This document shows positions 1 through 8,944 of a stretch of DNA of 47,681 nucleotides, piece by piece (the stretch's first letter is position 1; every line of letters starts with the position of its first letter). The notes beneath the pieces were generated by a model. That model was given only the letters and a program-made list of their open reading frames with translations. It had not been told where the DNA came from and ran no database searches. The translations under genes were made by a program, and so were the position numbers. This DNA comes from a virus, in IMG/VR virus record IMGVR_UViG_3300000271_000001, positions 1-47,681 of that record; one strand, written 5' to 3'.

Positions 1-82
1 CGACGCCGGCAGTGGAAAAAGGGTGTCGTGGACGGCAATGTCACGATGCTTATATGGTTGGGCAAACAATACTGCGGGCAAA
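1..82. repeat. terminal direct repeat, copy 1 (identical to 47600..47681)
   Basis: 82/82 nt identity checked base by base. It implies a circular, circularly permuted or terminally redundant genome with a 47,599-bp unit. Confidence 0.95.
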
Positions 83-219
83 AAGATAAGATCGACACCG
101 GGAAAGACGATACCCCCACCCTTGACGATCGAACCGAAGAAGAAATCGAAGCAGAAATCCAAGCGCGTTTGAAGCGAAGGGAACGACGGAATGTCAGACG
201 ATCCCAAGGAACTGCTTAG
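1..219 (+). CDS. terS: small terminase subunit, 3' part (continuation of the ORF starting at 47387)
   Basis: Frame 1 is open from base 1 (RRRQWKKGVVDGNVTM...) to TAG 217-219. It is in frame with ATG 47387 through the 82-nt repeat, giving 143 aa when joined. The protein is small and basic with an HTH-like N-terminus and overlaps terL by 29 nt. Confidence 0.6.
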   Translation, partial: RRRQWKKGVVDGNVTMLIWLGKQYCGQKDKIDTGKDDTPTLDDRTEEEIEAEIQARLKRRERRNVRRSQGTA

Positions 220-1813
220 TGCGCTGCGCGCTGCAGACCTTAAAGCTGCGCGCGACGATTTCTTCGAATTCGTTCACGAAATAAAACCTGATTTCAGTGC
301 GAACTTTCACCATGAAATAATTTGCGACCGCCTGACACGCCTTGCGCATGAACAGGGACAGCGTCTGATCATTACAGTTCCCCCTCAATACGGGAAATCG
401 GAGCTGATCAGTCGTCTGTTCCCTGCCTGGCTGATGGGACAGACGAAGGGGAAAGCAAAAATCATAGCTGCGTCCTATGCAGCCGAGCTGTCGAACGGGT
501 TCAATCGGGAATGCCAGGCGGTTATGGCCTCGGGCACCTATCGCGCGATCTTTCCCGAAGTGAAAATTTCCCCCGAAGTCCGAGCGAAGCGCACCGAAAA
601 GGAAGTCCATACCAGCGAACGGGGCTACCTCTATACGACCGGTATCGGCGGCGCGACGACAGGAAAGAGCGCGAACCCTTTGTTCATCGTCGATGATCCG
701 ATCAAGGATATGCAGGATGCGATGAACCCCGAGTATAGGAAAAAAATGGTCGAATGGTTCAACGCCGTGGCCATGACTCGGTGCAGTCTGAACGCAAACA
801 TTATCGTTATGCACACACGCTGGCACCAGGACGACCTTGCGGGATATCTGATCGACCAGTCTGAAAACGTCGAAGGTGCCAGCAAATGGGAAGTAATGAA
901 TTTCCCTGCGCTCAGTGATCCCGACGATAAAGAACTGCGCATGCACCCGGACGATCCCCGGAAGGAAAAAGGTCTACCCCTCTGGGCAAACTGGAAAGGC
1001 GACGCGAAGTTCCTCGGACGCCTTAAGATCGACCTGGGTTCCGCGATCTTTAACGCGCTTTATCAGGGCAAGCCGAACAGCGACGGCGGGAATATGGTGA
1101 ACCCCTCATGGTTCAGGACCTACCACACCATGCCCGACCGCTTTGATCAGCTTATAATTTCCCTGGATGCGAACTTTAAAGAGTCGGAAAAATCCGATCC
1201 TGTTTCGATTCAGGTATGGGGACGCATCGGTATTGAAAAATATATCGTCGATCAATTGCTGGGACGCTGGGGGATAAATAAAACGATCGACATGCTGATC
1301 GAAATGATCATCAAATATCCGAGCGCCAGCGCAAAAGTTATCGAAGCGAAAGCGAACGGTGAAGCGATTATCGAAACGATTCAGCTTGAGGTTCCTGGCG
1401 TGATCCCGGTTTATCCGAAGGACAGCAAGGAAGTGCGCTTGCAGGCTGTCAGTCCGCAAATCGAAGCGGGGAATGTTTGGATCCCCGATGAAAAGATCGC
1501 GCGCTTTGACGTGGCCGGGTTCAAACGTGAGATCGGTCTGTTCCCGAAGGGTAAGAACGACGATCAGGTTGACGCCATGACTCAGGCACTGGAATATCTA
1601 AGCAAGGGCGAGAATCACTACTTGCGCAAACTATTGGGAAGGGAAAGCCGTGACGAACGTGGCCGCAAATACCCGCCAGGGGGGATCAGGGAAACCGGAA
1701 CCGAGGGCGGACAGCAAAATTCGAACAATGCTCAGTCGAATGGGGAAAGCGATTCACCGAGCCGACGGCTGGGTGAACAAGCTGACAAACTTAGGCGTCG
1801 CTGGGAAAGATAA
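191..1813 (+). CDS. terL: large terminase subunit
   Basis: 540 aa. Walker-A-like PPQYGKSE, Walker-B-like LFIVDDP, and C-terminal nuclease-type acidic motifs (ISLDANF, KNDDQVDAMTQAL). It sits between terS and the portal gene. Confidence 0.9.
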   Translation: MSDDPKELLSALRAADLKAARDDFFEFVHEIKPDFSANFHHEIICDRLTRLAHEQGQRLIITVPPQYGKSELISRLFPAWLMGQTKGKAKIIAASYAAELSNGFNRECQAVMASGTYRAIFPEVKISPEVRAKRTEKEVHTSERGYLYTTGIGGATTGKSANPLFIVDDPIKDMQDAMNPEYRKKMVEWFNAVAMTRCSLNANIIVMHTRWHQDDLAGYLIDQSENVEGASKWEVMNFPALSDPDDKELRMHPDDPRKEKGLPLWANWKGDAKFLGRLKIDLGSAIFNALYQGKPNSDGGNMVNPSWFRTYHTMPDRFDQLIISLDANFKESEKSDPVSIQVWGRIGIEKYIVDQLLGRWGINKTIDMLIEMIIKYPSASAKVIEAKANGEAIIETIQLEVPGVIPVYPKDSKEVRLQAVSPQIEAGNVWIPDEKIARFDVAGFKREIGLFPKGKNDDQVDAMTQALEYLSKGENHYLRKLLGRESRDERGRKYPPGGIRETGTEGGQQNSNNAQSNGESDSPSRRLGEQADKLRRRWER

Positions 1814-3245
1814 GAACGTAGCTTCCGAAATTGAATATGAACCGCTCCCGCAGCGCGACGCTGAAAGCATGTTTGCAGCTGATCCGATCGCAGCGAAGCA
1901 AGTGACCATGATCGCAGAGGACATGGTGCGGGAAGGGTTCGACATAAAGGTCGCGGACTGGTCCGAGGAACAGACGCAGGACTTTATGAAATACCTCGAC
2001 AATACTCTGAACTGGAAACAGCTCTTTATGCAGGCGCTGGTGAACGCGCGACTGCATGGCGGTTCAGCGCTGATGCCTGTCGTTAACGACGGTGCATCGT
2101 CGCTCGCGCTCCCTCTGAATACCGATTCGATAAACGGGTTCAAATACGTGACCGAATTCACGCGCTGGGAACTCAGCTATCAGGACATTCAAAGCGATCC
2201 CCTGAAACCAGGCTACGGTATGCCGTCCACCTATATGTTAACCCCCGACGGTGTCGGAACGGGGAACGTCGAAAACATGCAGGACACGTCGATCAGAAAC
2301 CGCAGGTCCCAGGCGACCGGTCGTCCGATCACTGTCAGCGCTGCGGAAGGTTCAGCCCCGCGCGTCGTGTCTGGTGTCACGATTCATGCGTCGCGTCTGA
2401 TTCGCTTCGACGGGGAAACACTTCCCCGCCAGCTGTTCATCGAAAACGGATACTGGCACGATTCGATATTGAACAAGCGCTGGAACTCGATTCGAAACTA
2501 TGGAGTCGGACAGGAAAGCGCCAGCGTTCTGATCACTGATTTCGCGCAGCCCGTCTTTAAGATCGAAAACCTGCACGAAATCATGTCCAGCGAGGACGGT
2601 GAAGCGCTCCTGAAATCGCGCATCGACCTTGTCGATTACTGTCGATCAGTTCTGCGCTCGGTGATCATAGGTAAAGAAGAGGAATTCGAACGCAAGGCGA
2701 CGCCAGTGACCGGCTTGCCCGAACTGCTTGACCGCCAGGAAAAGCGCATGGTCGCATCGTCCGAGTATCCCCATAACGTCCTATTGGGTGAAGCGCCAGG
2801 CGCGTCGCTCGGTGAAGCTGGCCAGGCGCAAATGCGCGTTTACTACGATCGCGTATCGAACTGCCAGGAAACGAAACTCAAGCCGCAGCTGGTCCAGTTC
2901 CTGAAACTGGTATTCGCTGACAAGTCAGGACCGACAAAGGGTGTGGAACCGAAGGACTGGTCGATCGAATTCAGGCCGCTTTATCAGGAACCGCAGTCGG
3001 TGATTCTGGCGAATCAAAAGATCCAGGCTGAAATCGACAATATGAATATCACGAATGGGATCGTGACAGCCGAGGAAGTCGCAGAGTCGCGCTATGGTTC
3101 GGGTGAATACAGCTTCGAAACGAAGCTGGTTTACGATCGCGCGCTTGAGGAGGGGGCCCCGCTCCCAGTCGATGAACCGACGACAGAACCTGATCCGAGT
3201 GAACCTGATCCGACCGGTGAAGGTGAAAGCGGGAACGCAGCATGA
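1650..3245 (+). CDS. portal protein (DUF1073/HI1409-type)
   Basis: About 500-530 aa directly after terL. N-terminal ADGWVNKLTNLG motif typical of this portal family, and an acidic/Pro-rich C-terminal tail. The start is uncertain: GTG 1650 has a purine-rich RBS, with alternatives at ATG 1728 and 1740. Confidence 0.75.
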   Translation: MTNVAANTRQGGSGKPEPRADSKIRTMLSRMGKAIHRADGWVNKLTNLGVAGKDKNVASEIEYEPLPQRDAESMFAADPIAAKQVTMIAEDMVREGFDIKVADWSEEQTQDFMKYLDNTLNWKQLFMQALVNARLHGGSALMPVVNDGASSLALPLNTDSINGFKYVTEFTRWELSYQDIQSDPLKPGYGMPSTYMLTPDGVGTGNVENMQDTSIRNRRSQATGRPITVSAAEGSAPRVVSGVTIHASRLIRFDGETLPRQLFIENGYWHDSILNKRWNSIRNYGVGQESASVLITDFAQPVFKIENLHEIMSSEDGEALLKSRIDLVDYCRSVLRSVIIGKEEEFERKATPVTGLPELLDRQEKRMVASSEYPHNVLLGEAPGASLGEAGQAQMRVYYDRVSNCQETKLKPQLVQFLKLVFADKSGPTKGVEPKDWSIEFRPLYQEPQSVILANQKIQAEIDNMNITNGIVTAEEVAESRYGSGEYSFETKLVYDRALEEGAPLPVDEPTTEPDPSEPDPTGEGESGNAA

Positions 3246-3248
3246 AAA

Positions 3249-3284
3249 AAAAATCCCCGGTCGCAATTGATCGGGGATTTTTCG
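3249..3284 (+). terminator. intrinsic terminator-like hairpin after the portal gene
   Basis: AAATCCCCG (3251-3259) pairs with CGGGGATTT (3272-3280) around a 12-nt loop. An A-tract precedes it and a T-tract follows it. Confidence 0.6.
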
Positions 3285-3355
3285 ATGAGGATTGTTCAGT
3301 AAGAGCAAAACAGGGAAATTTCTTTTTTGACCAGCGCACGTCCGAAAAGGAGTCG

Positions 3356-4351
3356 ATGCGTTCAATCATAACCCGCAATGATCGCCTGGGGAATAACATG
3401 GCAGTAAGTCCCAAACAGACACAGACGAAGTTTGCGAAGGTTCGGGGATATCCCAAACAGTCGGCCTATCGGTATCCCCGCATGGTTGAAAAGCAGTATG
3501 CGCTTTTCTGTCGGACGCTGATCGCATCGCTGGTCGCAGACCTGCAGACCGACCTGTTCCCAAACCTTGAATATTTGCGCGACTACTATCGTGCGACGCA
3601 GGACGACACTCCCCCGAGCACGTTCACGACGCTGGACGACGACCGCCGGCCGTTCAAGCGAACCATATACAGCCAGGCTTTTGACGACTTCGGGAACGAC
3701 CTGGACCGTCTGTTCCTGAATATCCTGGTGCGCTTCGGAAAGCGGGTGGACGACCAGAAACCCAAGGTGCGGGACTATGCCAGGAAAGTCGATAAGTCGA
3801 ATCAGGTCCAGACCGCGGCGAACGTGAAAAAGGTTCTGGGTGTGGACATTCTGGCGGGAAACCAGGAACTGACTCAGGCGGTCGAAACGTGGACTGGTGA
3901 AAACGTCCAGCTGATCACGAAAATGGGAACGGACGAACTGACGCGAATCAAGGGACAGGTGCTGGACGGGTTTCGATCAGGGCTCAGACCTGAGTCGATT
4001 CAAAAGGGAATACTCGACAACTTCCGCAGCGCATCGGATCGAAAGACGCTGCAAGCGACGGGGCTCAGTTCCCAGGCACGCGCGGACCTGCTTGCAGCTG
4101 ATCAGATCGGAAAGCTGAACGGACAGATAACCCGACAGCGCCAGCAAAAGCTGGGACTGGGGCGCTATCGCTGGCGAACTTCCCTTGACGAACGAGTGAG
4201 GGAAACGCACCGTCGCCTTGAAGGAAAGATTTTTTACTGGAACGAGGACGACGGACCGGTCGCACCGGAAGGGGCCCCGGGAATTCCGATTCGCTGTCGG
4301 TGCTACGCTGAACCTGTAATCGAGGACCTTTTAATAGATGAAACCGAGTGA
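3356..4351 (+). CDS. head morphogenesis protein (Mu F / SPP1 gp7 family)
   Basis: C-terminal RWRTSLDERVRETHRRLEGKIFYW...PIRCRCYAEPV motif. ATG 3356 is preceded by AAAGGAG (3345-3352). The longer track ORF from 3242 would include the terminator hairpin. Confidence 0.8.
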   Translation: MRSIITRNDRLGNNMAVSPKQTQTKFAKVRGYPKQSAYRYPRMVEKQYALFCRTLIASLVADLQTDLFPNLEYLRDYYRATQDDTPPSTFTTLDDDRRPFKRTIYSQAFDDFGNDLDRLFLNILVRFGKRVDDQKPKVRDYARKVDKSNQVQTAANVKKVLGVDILAGNQELTQAVETWTGENVQLITKMGTDELTRIKGQVLDGFRSGLRPESIQKGILDNFRSASDRKTLQATGLSSQARADLLAADQIGKLNGQITRQRQQKLGLGRYRWRTSLDERVRETHRRLEGKIFYWNEDDGPVAPEGAPGIPIRCRCYAEPVIEDLLIDETE

Positions 4352-4856
4352 AGAAAAGTTCGAATCAGTGAAACGCGGATTTTCCAAGGTCGCTGAAATG
4401 GCAATTTCCGAAGTGAAAAAGCGAGTCGAAAACGGTGAAGCTGATTTCAGTGATCTTAGGGACTGGCTTGTTATGTTTCTGATGGGAGCTGCGGAAGGGG
4501 GCAAGCAAGGGCTCAGTGAAACCGAGTCGCTGCGCGCCTTGGAAAACCCACCTGAATTTGTGCGTCGAAATCCAAACCTAAAAGATTGCCCGTTCTGCAG
4601 TGGACCAGCCTATATTTCCGACGTTAGAAATACAGCCGCAAAATTCATCGAACACCGTATCTGCGTTCAGTGCGAAAACTGCCTTGCGCGATCAAAGGTT
4701 TTCAGCTGGAAATTGGACAAGCTTCCCGAGCATGAAAAACAGCTGCCAGAATCCGTTAAATTTAATGCTATTTCCGCATGGAATAACAGAACGCTTGCTG
4801 AATCGGAAAAAACCCTATATGAAACTGATGCAAATTTCGCCGAAGCGGGACGTTAA
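4338..4856 (+). CDS. protein with C-terminal Lar-like (restriction alleviation family) zinc ribbon
   Basis: CPFCSG...CVQCENC...NAISAWNNR matches the CPFCG/CxxC/AWNxR pattern of the Lar family. The N-terminal ~80 aa are unassigned. Confidence 0.55.
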   Translation: MKPSEEKFESVKRGFSKVAEMAISEVKKRVENGEADFSDLRDWLVMFLMGAAEGGKQGLSETESLRALENPPEFVRRNPNLKDCPFCSGPAYISDVRNTAAKFIEHRICVQCENCLARSKVFSWKLDKLPEHEKQLPESVKFNAISAWNNRTLAESEKTLYETDANFAEAGR

Positions 4857-4919
4857 TTTTCTGCCATGAAACGAAAGCCCAAACCCGCCTTGGAAACTTG
4901 AAAGATATTTGCCTCGTTC

Positions 4920-4958
4920 AATCCCCGTCGAACTTTTTCAGAGCGATCGGGGATTTTT
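4920..4958 (+). terminator. intrinsic terminator
   Basis: AATCCCCG (4920-4927) pairs with CGGGGATT (4948-4955), followed by T5. It shares the arm sequence and the 15-mer GATCGGGGATTTTTC with the hairpin at 3249-3284. Confidence 0.6.
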
Positions 4959-4986
4959 CATTCCAGCCGAAAACCTCGAAAGGTGC

Positions 4987-5015
4987 TTGACCACTGGCGT
5001 CTGTCCCGCGAAAAT
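4987..5015 (+). promoter_or_regulatory. candidate sigma70-type promoter upstream of the scaffold/capsid genes
   Basis: TTGACC (4987-4992), 17-nt spacer, GAAAAT (5010-5015). Confidence 0.35.
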
Positions 5016-5081
5016 GCGATTGTATTAGTATTAAGTTTGTCGCTATGATTCGGGAAACCAAGCCCCACAGGAACCCCTCAA

Positions 5082-6386
5082 ATGAAAAGCTTTCGAACTG
5101 ATCGAATGATGCCAGGCCCCATGCGCCGACTGGACAACGGTTTCGCGCGCTTCGACATGACAGTCGCAAGGTCTGGAATTCTGATCTATAGGCTGGACGA
5201 TGGAACCGAGTGGAGGGAATATCGTCCTGAATCGGAATGCTTCGCAGCTGATTCACTCGAAACTCTTAAGGCCATACCAATCACGAACGATCACCCGCCT
5301 GAACTCCTGAACGCTCAGAACGCGAAACAGTACGCGGTCGGCTATACAGGCGAATCAGTTTCACGCGCTGACAATTTCATTGCATCGACCGGAACTCTGA
5401 TCGACGACAAAGCGATCAGCGACATGGAAGCGGGCAAGCAGGAAATCAGCGCCGGCTATGAACTCGACCTTGAATTCGCGCCAGGATATTTCGAGGGTGA
5501 ACGATACGACGCTATACAGCGTTCGATTCGCTATAATCACGTCGCACTGGTCACTAAAGGACGCGCCGGTCCTGGTGCTCGCGTTAAGATCGACTCAGCC
5601 GATCAACTGCGCGAATGCCGTTTCGATTCGTTCCTGAGTGCCGCAGATTTAAAACAACGGAAAGGAAATGAACGAATGGACAAGACAATCTCTTTAGGCG
5701 GTGTCGAGTACAAAGTCAGCGAAGCAGTTGAATCGGCTCTTTTGAAGCGGCTGCGCTCCGACGCTGAAACCATCGAAAACCTGCAAAAAGAGCTGGCTGC
5801 AGCGAAGTCGAACGAAACAAAAGCGACGGCTCGCGCTGATGCGCTGGACGCGGACCTGCGCACGGCTGCGGAAAAGCTGAAATCAGCTGAAAGTCAGCGA
5901 CTCGACTCTGCAGCCATTAACGCTGCAGTCCAGGCGCGTGTGAAGCTGATCAGCTCGGTCACGAAATTCCTTCCCCGCGCTGATGCGCAAGGCGCAGAGA
6001 TCGACTATACAGCGATCAGCGACCGCGACCTGAAAGTCCAGCTGATCAAAAAGTTCGATTCGAAGTTCGACGACAAAAACAAATCCGACGACTATATCGA
6101 CTCGCGTGTCGATCATATCCTTAACACTGCAAAAGCCGACGAAGGTGAAGCTGGCGGTGAGGAAATGGAGAACGAAGAAGAAGAAGAAGAAATGGACGGT
6201 TCGTCGAACAAGGATTTCAGCGGTTCGGTGAAGGAAGCGAACGACATTCAGCGTCGTCGTGCTCAGGCGCAGAACAAGCGCGAGGACAAGCGCAGCCCTG
6301 AACAGATCCGTGAGGAAAAACGTCGCGCTGATGCCGAAGCATGGACAAAGCCAATCGGGTTCAGCCGCGAAAACCTTCGCAAGTAA
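5082..6386 (+). CDS. DUF2213-type prohead protease/scaffold protein
   Basis: ISAGYELDLEFAPGYFEGERYDAIQRSIRYNHVALVTKGRAGP motif. The C-terminal half is coiled-coil and rich in Glu and Lys, and includes a (GAA)6 run at about 6174-6191. Confidence 0.75.
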   Translation: MKSFRTDRMMPGPMRRLDNGFARFDMTVARSGILIYRLDDGTEWREYRPESECFAADSLETLKAIPITNDHPPELLNAQNAKQYAVGYTGESVSRADNFIASTGTLIDDKAISDMEAGKQEISAGYELDLEFAPGYFEGERYDAIQRSIRYNHVALVTKGRAGPGARVKIDSADQLRECRFDSFLSAADLKQRKGNERMDKTISLGGVEYKVSEAVESALLKRLRSDAETIENLQKELAAAKSNETKATARADALDADLRTAAEKLKSAESQRLDSAAINAAVQARVKLISSVTKFLPRADAQGAEIDYTAISDRDLKVQLIKKFDSKFDDKNKSDDYIDSRVDHILNTAKADEGEAGGEEMENEEEEEEMDGSSNKDFSGSVKEANDIQRRRAQAQNKREDKRSPEQIREEKRRADAEAWTKPIGFSRENLRK

Positions 6387-6448
6387 ACCTGCACGCGCTG
6401 CAAGCAGGTCTGTTTTTATTTTAACCTTGGTTATGGAGTAAAGGTTTT

Positions 6449-6958
6449 ATGCAAACTTCGATCAGTATGAAAATGGACACGGCGCGGGCAGGCCAGGACG
6501 CCGAAGCTTCCACCCGCAGAGTGCGGACACTCGCAGCCGAGGGCGGCCGTATCCCCTTCGGTTATGGCATCGTGCCCGGAACGAACAAGGAAAAGCAGGG
6601 CAAGCTTCCCACCTCGAACGTGCAAAAGTTCGCCGGCGTCGCCATGCTCACACACGCGATCGAAAGCGCGTCGGGCACAGACATTCCTGGTTATCCTGAA
6701 AAGGAAGCGATGAACGTCATGGTCGAAGGTGCCGTGTGGGTGGTTCTGGAACCGTCCAGCACTGCAGCTGCAGACGATACCCTCTATATGGTCCCGAGTG
6801 GAGCGAACGCAGGTCGTTTCAGCAAAAATGCGAACGACGGCGGCGGAACTCCTGTCGCCTATATCACGACCGGTTTGAAGGTGCGCCGTGTGTTCACTGA
6901 AACCGATCCGACCTCGCGCATCCTTGCCGAAGCTGTTTTCACAGAAACAGCAAGTTAA
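6449..6958 (+). CDS. putative head decoration/cement protein
   Basis: 169 aa between the scaffold and major capsid genes. The sequence looks beta-rich (MNVMVEGAVWVVLEP...LYMVPSGANAGRF). The function is positional inference. Confidence 0.45.
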   Translation: MQTSISMKMDTARAGQDAEASTRRVRTLAAEGGRIPFGYGIVPGTNKEKQGKLPTSNVQKFAGVAMLTHAIESASGTDIPGYPEKEAMNVMVEGAVWVVLEPSSTAAADDTLYMVPSGANAGRFSKNANDGGGTPVAYITTGLKVRRVFTETDPTSRILAEAVFTETAS

Positions 6959-7052
6959 GGACTGACAGCTCCTTCCCGGTTCTGGTTCGAAAAGGATTTT
7001 CGCTTCCTATTTAAGAGATTGGTTTTAACAATACCTCGGGAGTTTTTCAGGT

Positions 7053-7985
7053 ATGAAAAAAAGATTCGCAAACCTTGACGCGAATGAGTCCGTGTTCTTC
7101 GCGCGTGAATTGGAATTCATCAAGTCGCGCACCTACGATAAGGTGTATCCGTTCCTCAAACAAAGGCAGGTGATCCCGGTTTCCTTCGAAGCGGATCCCG
7201 CAGCTGAAACGATCACCTATGAAAGCTACGACGGGATCGGTATGGCGAAAATCGTCCGCGACTACGCGAACGACTTTCCCAAGGTCCAGCTGCGCGGGAA
7301 GGAATTCACTGCGAAAGTGCGTTCCCTCGGTGACAGCTACGACTATTCTGTTCAGGAAATCCGTGCAGCGCAGCGCACTGGAAAGCCTCTGCAGCAACGG
7401 AAAGCGAACGTGGCGAAACAGGCAATCATGGAACTGGAACGTGATATCGCGTTTTACGGTTCTGATATTTATAACCTCACCGGCTGGCTGAACAATACCA
7501 ACATTCCCGACGTGGCTTTGACAAACGGGGACTGGCTGAACGTCCTGACGACCGCTGATAAGATCATTTCGGACATGAACCAGCTGTTTCAAAAGGTCGC
7601 AACGCAGTCGCTCGGTCGTGAGCAGGCAAACACAATGCTGATGCCGAACGAATATCTTTTGAAACTTCGTTCGACTCCCCGCAGCACGACCAGCGACACG
7701 ACGATCCTGGAATTTTTCATGATGAATAACCCCGAAATTGATTCGGTGGATTATCTGAATGAAATGAAAGCTTCGAACTCTGGCGGCGTTCTGTCAAAAG
7801 ACATTGCCATTGCTTACGACCGGAACCCGGAAAAATTCACGTTGGAAATTCCGCAGGAATTTGAGCAGTTCCCCCCGCAGCCTAAAGGCTTGACGTTCGA
7901 GGTTTACTGCCACGAGCGTATCGGTGGAGTTCTTCTCTATTATCCGCTGTCACAAGCGAAAACAGACGACATCGGAGCGCCGTAA
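7053..7985 (+). CDS. major capsid protein (DUF2184-type)
   Basis: 310 aa. The N-terminus LDANESVFFARELEFIKSRTYDKVYP is characteristic of the family. GGGAG RBS. Followed by a strong stem-loop. Confidence 0.8.
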   Translation: MKKRFANLDANESVFFARELEFIKSRTYDKVYPFLKQRQVIPVSFEADPAAETITYESYDGIGMAKIVRDYANDFPKVQLRGKEFTAKVRSLGDSYDYSVQEIRAAQRTGKPLQQRKANVAKQAIMELERDIAFYGSDIYNLTGWLNNTNIPDVALTNGDWLNVLTTADKIISDMNQLFQKVATQSLGREQANTMLMPNEYLLKLRSTPRSTTSDTTILEFFMMNNPEIDSVDYLNEMKASNSGGVLSKDIAIAYDRNPEKFTLEIPQEFEQFPPQPKGLTFEVYCHERIGGVLLYYPLSQAKTDDIGAP

Positions 7986-8031
7986 TTCGCTTCCGATCGC
8001 CATGAGTTAAATTTTCTGTGATTTGTCGTAG

Positions 8032-8068
8032 GAGGCTGAAAGTCGGTTTGAATACTGCTTTCAGCCTC
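8032..8068 (+). terminator. 11-bp perfect stem-loop after the capsid gene (attenuator or RNA stabiliser)
   Basis: GAGGCTGAAAG (8032-8042) pairs with CTTTCAGCCTC (8058-8068). The downstream T-run is weak (AGTTTC). Confidence 0.45.
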
Positions 8069-8105
8069 AGTTTCAAAACCCCTTTTCCTTAAAAGAGCAC
8101 CGACC

Positions 8106-8588
8106 ATGTCTGACAAAATTCTCGTCGATTACAAGCTTCAGAATATTTATAACGTGACCGTTCCCAGCACATCGAAGGACATTATTCTGATCCCAGGAAT
8201 AAATGAAATTGATCCCCAGGACTGGGCAGAAATTTCAAAAATACGGGGACTGAAAGCTGATCTGGACGACGGGATTCTGGAAGTTATGAACTTTCAGCGC
8301 GAAAAGCCCGACAGCACGCTGGACTTCGATTCTGGCGACAGCACGATAGCTCGCCTTTCCAAGGCAGAGGACGCGATTGCGGTGATTCGCAGAACAAACG
8401 ACGCTGAAACCTTACGCGATTGGATGAAAGGTGAACGCAGAAAACTCGTTCTGACCGAGCTGAAAAACCGCATCGACTATATCGAAAAGGAACTGCGCGC
8501 CAGGGAAATGGCGAAAACTGAAAAGGACATTCGCAAGGGCGACTCCGACGCGCCGGCACCTGCGCACACACCTAAAGGAATCAGCTAA
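8106..8588 (+). CDS. hypothetical head-module protein
   Basis: 160-aa ORF preceded by AAAAGAGCACC. The stop overlaps the next start (TAATG). Confidence 0.6.
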   Translation: MSDKILVDYKLQNIYNVTVPSTSKDIILIPGINEIDPQDWAEISKIRGLKADLDDGILEVMNFQREKPDSTLDFDSGDSTIARLSKAEDAIAVIRRTNDAETLRDWMKGERRKLVLTELKNRIDYIEKELRAREMAKTEKDIRKGDSDAPAPAHTPKGIS

Positions 8589-8938
8589 TGGCACTGGCCG
8601 ACAGAACAGCGCTGGAAATCTTTCGCACGATCGCAGCTGAGTTTCAGGACCAGGACGAATCGGTCGTTAACTCGTTTCTGGAAGTCGCTTCGCTTTGGGT
8701 GAACGCTGCGCGCTGGGGCGTGAAATACAATACCGGTCTGGCTTATATGGCTGCGCATCTTATGGCTACGGGTGAGCGCGGGAGCGCATCGGGATCCGTG
8801 ACCAGTGAGCGCGTCGGGAATGTGGCGGTGAACTATTCCGCTCCGACTTCCGACGACCTGATCGCCACGACGGGCTATGGTTCGACCTTCCTTGCGCTGC
8901 GCAGAACGCTGGCGCTTACCCCTTTTGTATCGGGATAA
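8588..8938 (+). CDS. head-tail connector protein (DUF4054-like)
   Basis: 116 aa with a WGVKYNTGLAYMAAHLMA pattern. Position is after the capsid gene. Confidence 0.55.
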   Translation: MALADRTALEIFRTIAAEFQDQDESVVNSFLEVASLWVNAARWGVKYNTGLAYMAAHLMATGERGSASGSVTSERVGNVAVNYSAPTSDDLIATTGYGSTFLALRRTLALTPFVSG

Positions 8939-8944
8939 AGAGCC

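Noticed and set aside
194-946. A 250-aa minus-strand ORF inside terL. Similar antisense ORFs lie at 7047-7592, 8585-9109, 15633-16172, 25264-25767, 39199-39738, 41587-42447 and 47159-47680.
   Set aside because: Each lies opposite a gene with clear family motifs or operon context. The translations are low-complexity and Arg-rich, with no start signals.
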